Positions 60,895-64,000 of a stretch of DNA of 64,000 bases are shown here, one piece after another. Made by a program: the position numbers and the translations under genes. The notes under the pieces were generated by a model. The model did no database searches and was not told the DNA's origin. It saw only the letters and a program-made list of their open reading frames with translations. Position 1 is the first letter of the stretch, and each line of letters opens with the position of its first letter. Location of the stretch: assembly GCA_020696385.1 (NCBI GenBank), contig JAEHCQ010000002.1:192001-256000 (forward strand), written 5' to 3'. Source of the DNA: Methanobacteriota archaeon (GTDB taxonomy: Archaea; Thermoplasmatota; Thermoplasmata; SG8-5; JAGLSY01).

Positions 60895-61053
60895 ATCTGA
60901 TAAAAGTAAATAAAATTACTGGGCGAATATGGGTTCGAACTTAATGGCCAGGCTGTGGCCTATGTCATACGCTACATCGTATCCATTAAATGAAAGGGGC
61001 CCCAAACTCAGTATTTGGCTTGGGGCGATTCGTTATTTTGACCGAATATTCGA

Positions 61054-64000
61054 TCATTCCTCTTCGGATGGTGTTTCCGGCATATCCGCATCCTCGAACT
61101 CATCCCTGCTTGGCTTGTCCTCCATGCTCGAAGCCAATTCCTTCTTGGTATTATTCAGTGATATCGCACTAAGAAGGAAGAATATTATACTGGCTATCAG
61201 GACTATGATGAGGAAGATGAGATTTGTGGAAATGCCATCATTGTTCTCCTCAATGCCAGAATTCGTCTCATCAGCTTCTTGTCCGATCGTACTGGAAAGC
61301 TGAGCCTCCGCATCTTGCAATGCCAGATCCAGTTCTTCAAGGTCGGTGATTATACCGTTCAGCTTGTCCAGATCCCCCAGGGTTTCGTCGATGAGCTCTA
61401 ACTTCGCATCCATATCGGTCTGGAATGTGCCAATATCATCATTCACATCCAGTAGGTCTGCTCCAATAGCACTGTCATGGGCTGAAAGGTTGTTTGCCAG
61501 CTCAGTGACGATGAAACTCGTTGCTTCAAGACTCTGCTGATCCAGGGTGCTCATCAGATCTGACATGGTGGTGATATCTTCCTTTATATCATCGTCATGA
61601 GCTATGATGCTCTGGTCGAGGGCCAATATATCAGCGAGTATCTGGGTGGTCTCAGCCAATAGTTGACTACGGGTCATACCCCCTTGGTTCTGCACCAGGG
61701 CGTCCAGTGCGGCTAACAAGGCCTGTATATCAGTATCATGGGTCGTCATGTTATCATCCAGGCTGTCCAACAGAGCGTAGCTGATATTCACCGCATCCAG
61801 TATCTCGGATCTTGTCTGATCGTGCTGATCACTGACCGCGACGGATAATACTCCTATGGTGTCATTCAATGCAGTATGCTGAGCCGACAGGTTTGTTTCC
61901 AGATCGGCCAGCTGATCCATCACATCCACAAGATCAGCTGTCAGATTGTCATAGAAGTCCGTGGTCATGGTCTCCAGGTCCGCCATGTGCTGATGGAGCG
62001 TGTTGTTTGTCTGTGTCAGATTGGAATCTATAGCCGTCAACACGGTGTCCAACCAGTCATTGAGATCTGATATATTGCCTTCCATAACTGTTAGCTGTGT
62101 GGTGAGGTTGCCTTCTAGTATTACCAACTGGTCAGCTACTGTCAAGTTCATTCCAGTAATATCATTGGTAACACTTGTCAATAAGTTCTGGATATCAAGA
62201 GCGAGAGTGGCATTCACACCCGCAAGTTCTGCCAAGAAATCATTCTCCAGATCGGTCAGTGTGGTATGCAGGGATATATTCACTGCATCCAGCTGGTCAG
62301 TCAGATCATTGGTCAGATCAGCAAGGGTGATGTTCATTCCAGCAATATCGCTGATTATATCGAACAATGTGGTATTCATAGATGTTAGATCACCCCTTAT
62401 CAGAGTGATATTCTCCAAAATACTGCTGATATTTCCTTCCGTGCTCACAAGAGTGTTCCACACATCCTCCAAGGTCTGGTTCATATCATTTATAGTATTA
62501 TTCATGTCAGTCACGGTATCATTGGTGTCCGTCACCGTGGTGTTCAGATCATCCAACCATTCCTGCACACTCTGGCCCACGACATCGAATTGGGTTGTGT
62601 CATTGGCCGTCCAGACGAGCATCTGGCCCACATACCCATAGGCTTCTGCTGTGACATCGTAGGTTCCAAGGGCTGCGTCACTTGGCAGAACCAGAGTTAT
62701 CTGATACTGAGCATTGTACGGGATAGCGAGAGCACTCGTGTACTGTGTGTATCCTCCTGGCTCGGCATAGCCCACCACAAGGTCAAGATTATCGAACATT
62801 GGTGGTGCATTGATGATATCGATCAATACAGCAACATCTTCGTCCGGAGAATATTCAATCTTCGGAGTACTGGCTGCGATATAATTTCCAGCATTCACAA
62901 AGTTGTTCGGTATCAGGGTCACAGTTGTGGTGATGTTTATGCCAGACGAGAGCATGGCTTCTGCCATTACTACAATAGGTACATCCTCTGCCAATACTGT
63001 GGTATCCAGAACGAACTGATAGTCGTTCGTGGGGTCATGAGCCATTATGGTTCCGTCAACATAGAAGCTGACACCTATTACATCCGCACCAGTTGCTGCG
63101 GCCTCTATAAGTGTAATGCCAGATACAAGATCGCCGTCACTGTGGCTCGTTACCATAACACTGTGGACGGCTATGGGATACGCATCAATTGCCCCCATAC
63201 CCCCACCGATGAGCATGTATGGTGTATCTCCGATCTCATCATGACCAAGCACATCCTGGTTAGAGCCAGAGAATATGTCAACGCCAGTGTAGTCATAATA
63301 GTAGTTACCGCCTGTGGGGTAGGATTCGTTCCATAGGTTGGCGCCTGTGTTATCATAGGCACATGTTCCAGTCCCGAGGAAGCTGTTGTAATAAACGAGA
63401 CTGTTATAGGAGTTCCTGAGGTTCAGGCCATAACTGTCGAAGCCCGATACCCTGTTAGCGTATATCGTGCAGTTCTCAAAAGCTTCTATGTAAATACCGT
63501 CAATAAAGCCATCGATGATATTCTTGGATACTATTGCATCGCCCACAGTGGAGGTGGCGGTTGGACTGTTAATATTATAATCCGCCCTCATGTATATTCC
63601 ATATCCGCTGCCACCATAGACAGCATTGTCCTGGATGAGTATTCTGTCTATGACCTGTGTTGAAGAACCATAGACCTCCGAGCTTTGCCACACAAAGATG
63701 CCGCTCCAGCTGCAATTATAGATGGTGTTGCCAGTTATTCTACATTCACCAACGATTACTGAAGAGGTATCGGAAGAGTAGACATCGTAATATTCCACAT
63801 CTATTCCAGAAGAGCACTCGAATATCACATTGTCAGCTATGGTGAGGTCACCCACTACGAGTGTTGAATCATCCTCAAGATAATCTCCCAGATAGTCATA
63901 ACAAATATAGATGGCGTCACCACCGGTAGTCATGATATTGTTGGTTATTGTGTGATCGCCCAGCACCGTCGCGCTTTGATCATAGTTATCATAACATATA
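61054..64000 (-). CDS. Large surface protein (5'-truncated): beta-helix repeats, Ig-like domains, long coiled-coil stalk, C-terminal TM
   Basis: Frame open to window edge; NosD-like GGNYY.DY.G.D...GDTPY; many NxT/S sequons; TM LIFLIIVLIASIIFFLL. Confidence 0.75.
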   Translation of the reverse strand, partial: ICYDNYDQSATVLGDHTITNNIMTTGGDAIYICYDYLGDYLEDDSTLVVGDLTIADNVIFECSSGIDVEYYDVYSSDTSSVIVGECRITGNTIYNCSWSGIFVWQSSEVYGSSTQVIDRILIQDNAVYGGSGYGIYMRADYNINSPTATSTVGDAIVSKNIIDGFIDGIYIEAFENCTIYANRVSGFDSYGLNLRNSYNSLVYYNSFLGTGTCAYDNTGANLWNESYPTGGNYYYDYTGVDIFSGSNQDVLGHDEIGDTPYMLIGGGMGAIDAYPIAVHSVMVTSHSDGDLVSGITLIEAAATGADVIGVSFYVDGTIMAHDPTNDYQFVLDTTVLAEDVPIVVMAEAMLSSGINITTTVTLIPNNFVNAGNYIAASTPKIEYSPDEDVAVLIDIINAPPMFDNLDLVVGYAEPGGYTQYTSALAIPYNAQYQITLVLPSDAALGTYDVTAEAYGYVGQMLVWTANDTTQFDVVGQSVQEWLDDLNTTVTDTNDTVTDMNNTINDMNQTLEDVWNTLVSTEGNISSILENITLIRGDLTSMNTTLFDIISDIAGMNITLADLTNDLTDQLDAVNISLHTTLTDLENDFLAELAGVNATLALDIQNLLTSVTNDITGMNLTVADQLVILEGNLTTQLTVMEGNISDLNDWLDTVLTAIDSNLTQTNNTLHQHMADLETMTTDFYDNLTADLVDVMDQLADLETNLSAQHTALNDTIGVLSVAVSDQHDQTRSEILDAVNISYALLDSLDDNMTTHDTDIQALLAALDALVQNQGGMTRSQLLAETTQILADILALDQSIIAHDDDIKEDITTMSDLMSTLDQQSLEATSFIVTELANNLSAHDSAIGADLLDVNDDIGTFQTDMDAKLELIDETLGDLDKLNGIITDLEELDLALQDAEAQLSSTIGQEADETNSGIEENNDGISTNLIFLIIVLIASIIFFLLSAISLNNTKKELASSMEDKPSRDEFEDADMPETPSEEE

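Overview
Archaeal chromosomal segment. Gene content (Spt5/SecE/L11, thermosome, NAC, Sm, TiaS, Dph2, Cgi121, Pop5, two FtsZ, secreted M28/beta-propeller proteins) suggests Thermoplasmatota, which is an inference. It is mostly housekeeping genes plus three tRNAs (Gly-CCC, Gln-TTG and an intron-containing Val-GAC), a KaiC-like signalling cluster, two pilin-like genes, an SPFH operon and a TetR-ABC operon. The most striking unexplained signal is a structured ~60/~110-nt element found five times directly before start codons (aminopeptidase, menA, thermosome, NAC, ABC permease). Its stems covary and its last stem overlaps the Shine-Dalgarno. Other highlights: a non-canonical D-loop tRNA intron, a tiaS gene that needs a non-AUG start, an AT-rich gene flanked by repeated hairpin sites, a ubiquitin-fold protein, and recurrent duplication of gene 3' ends. 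No CRISPR array, transposase or integrase was seen. All calls come from reading the sequence; no searches were run.
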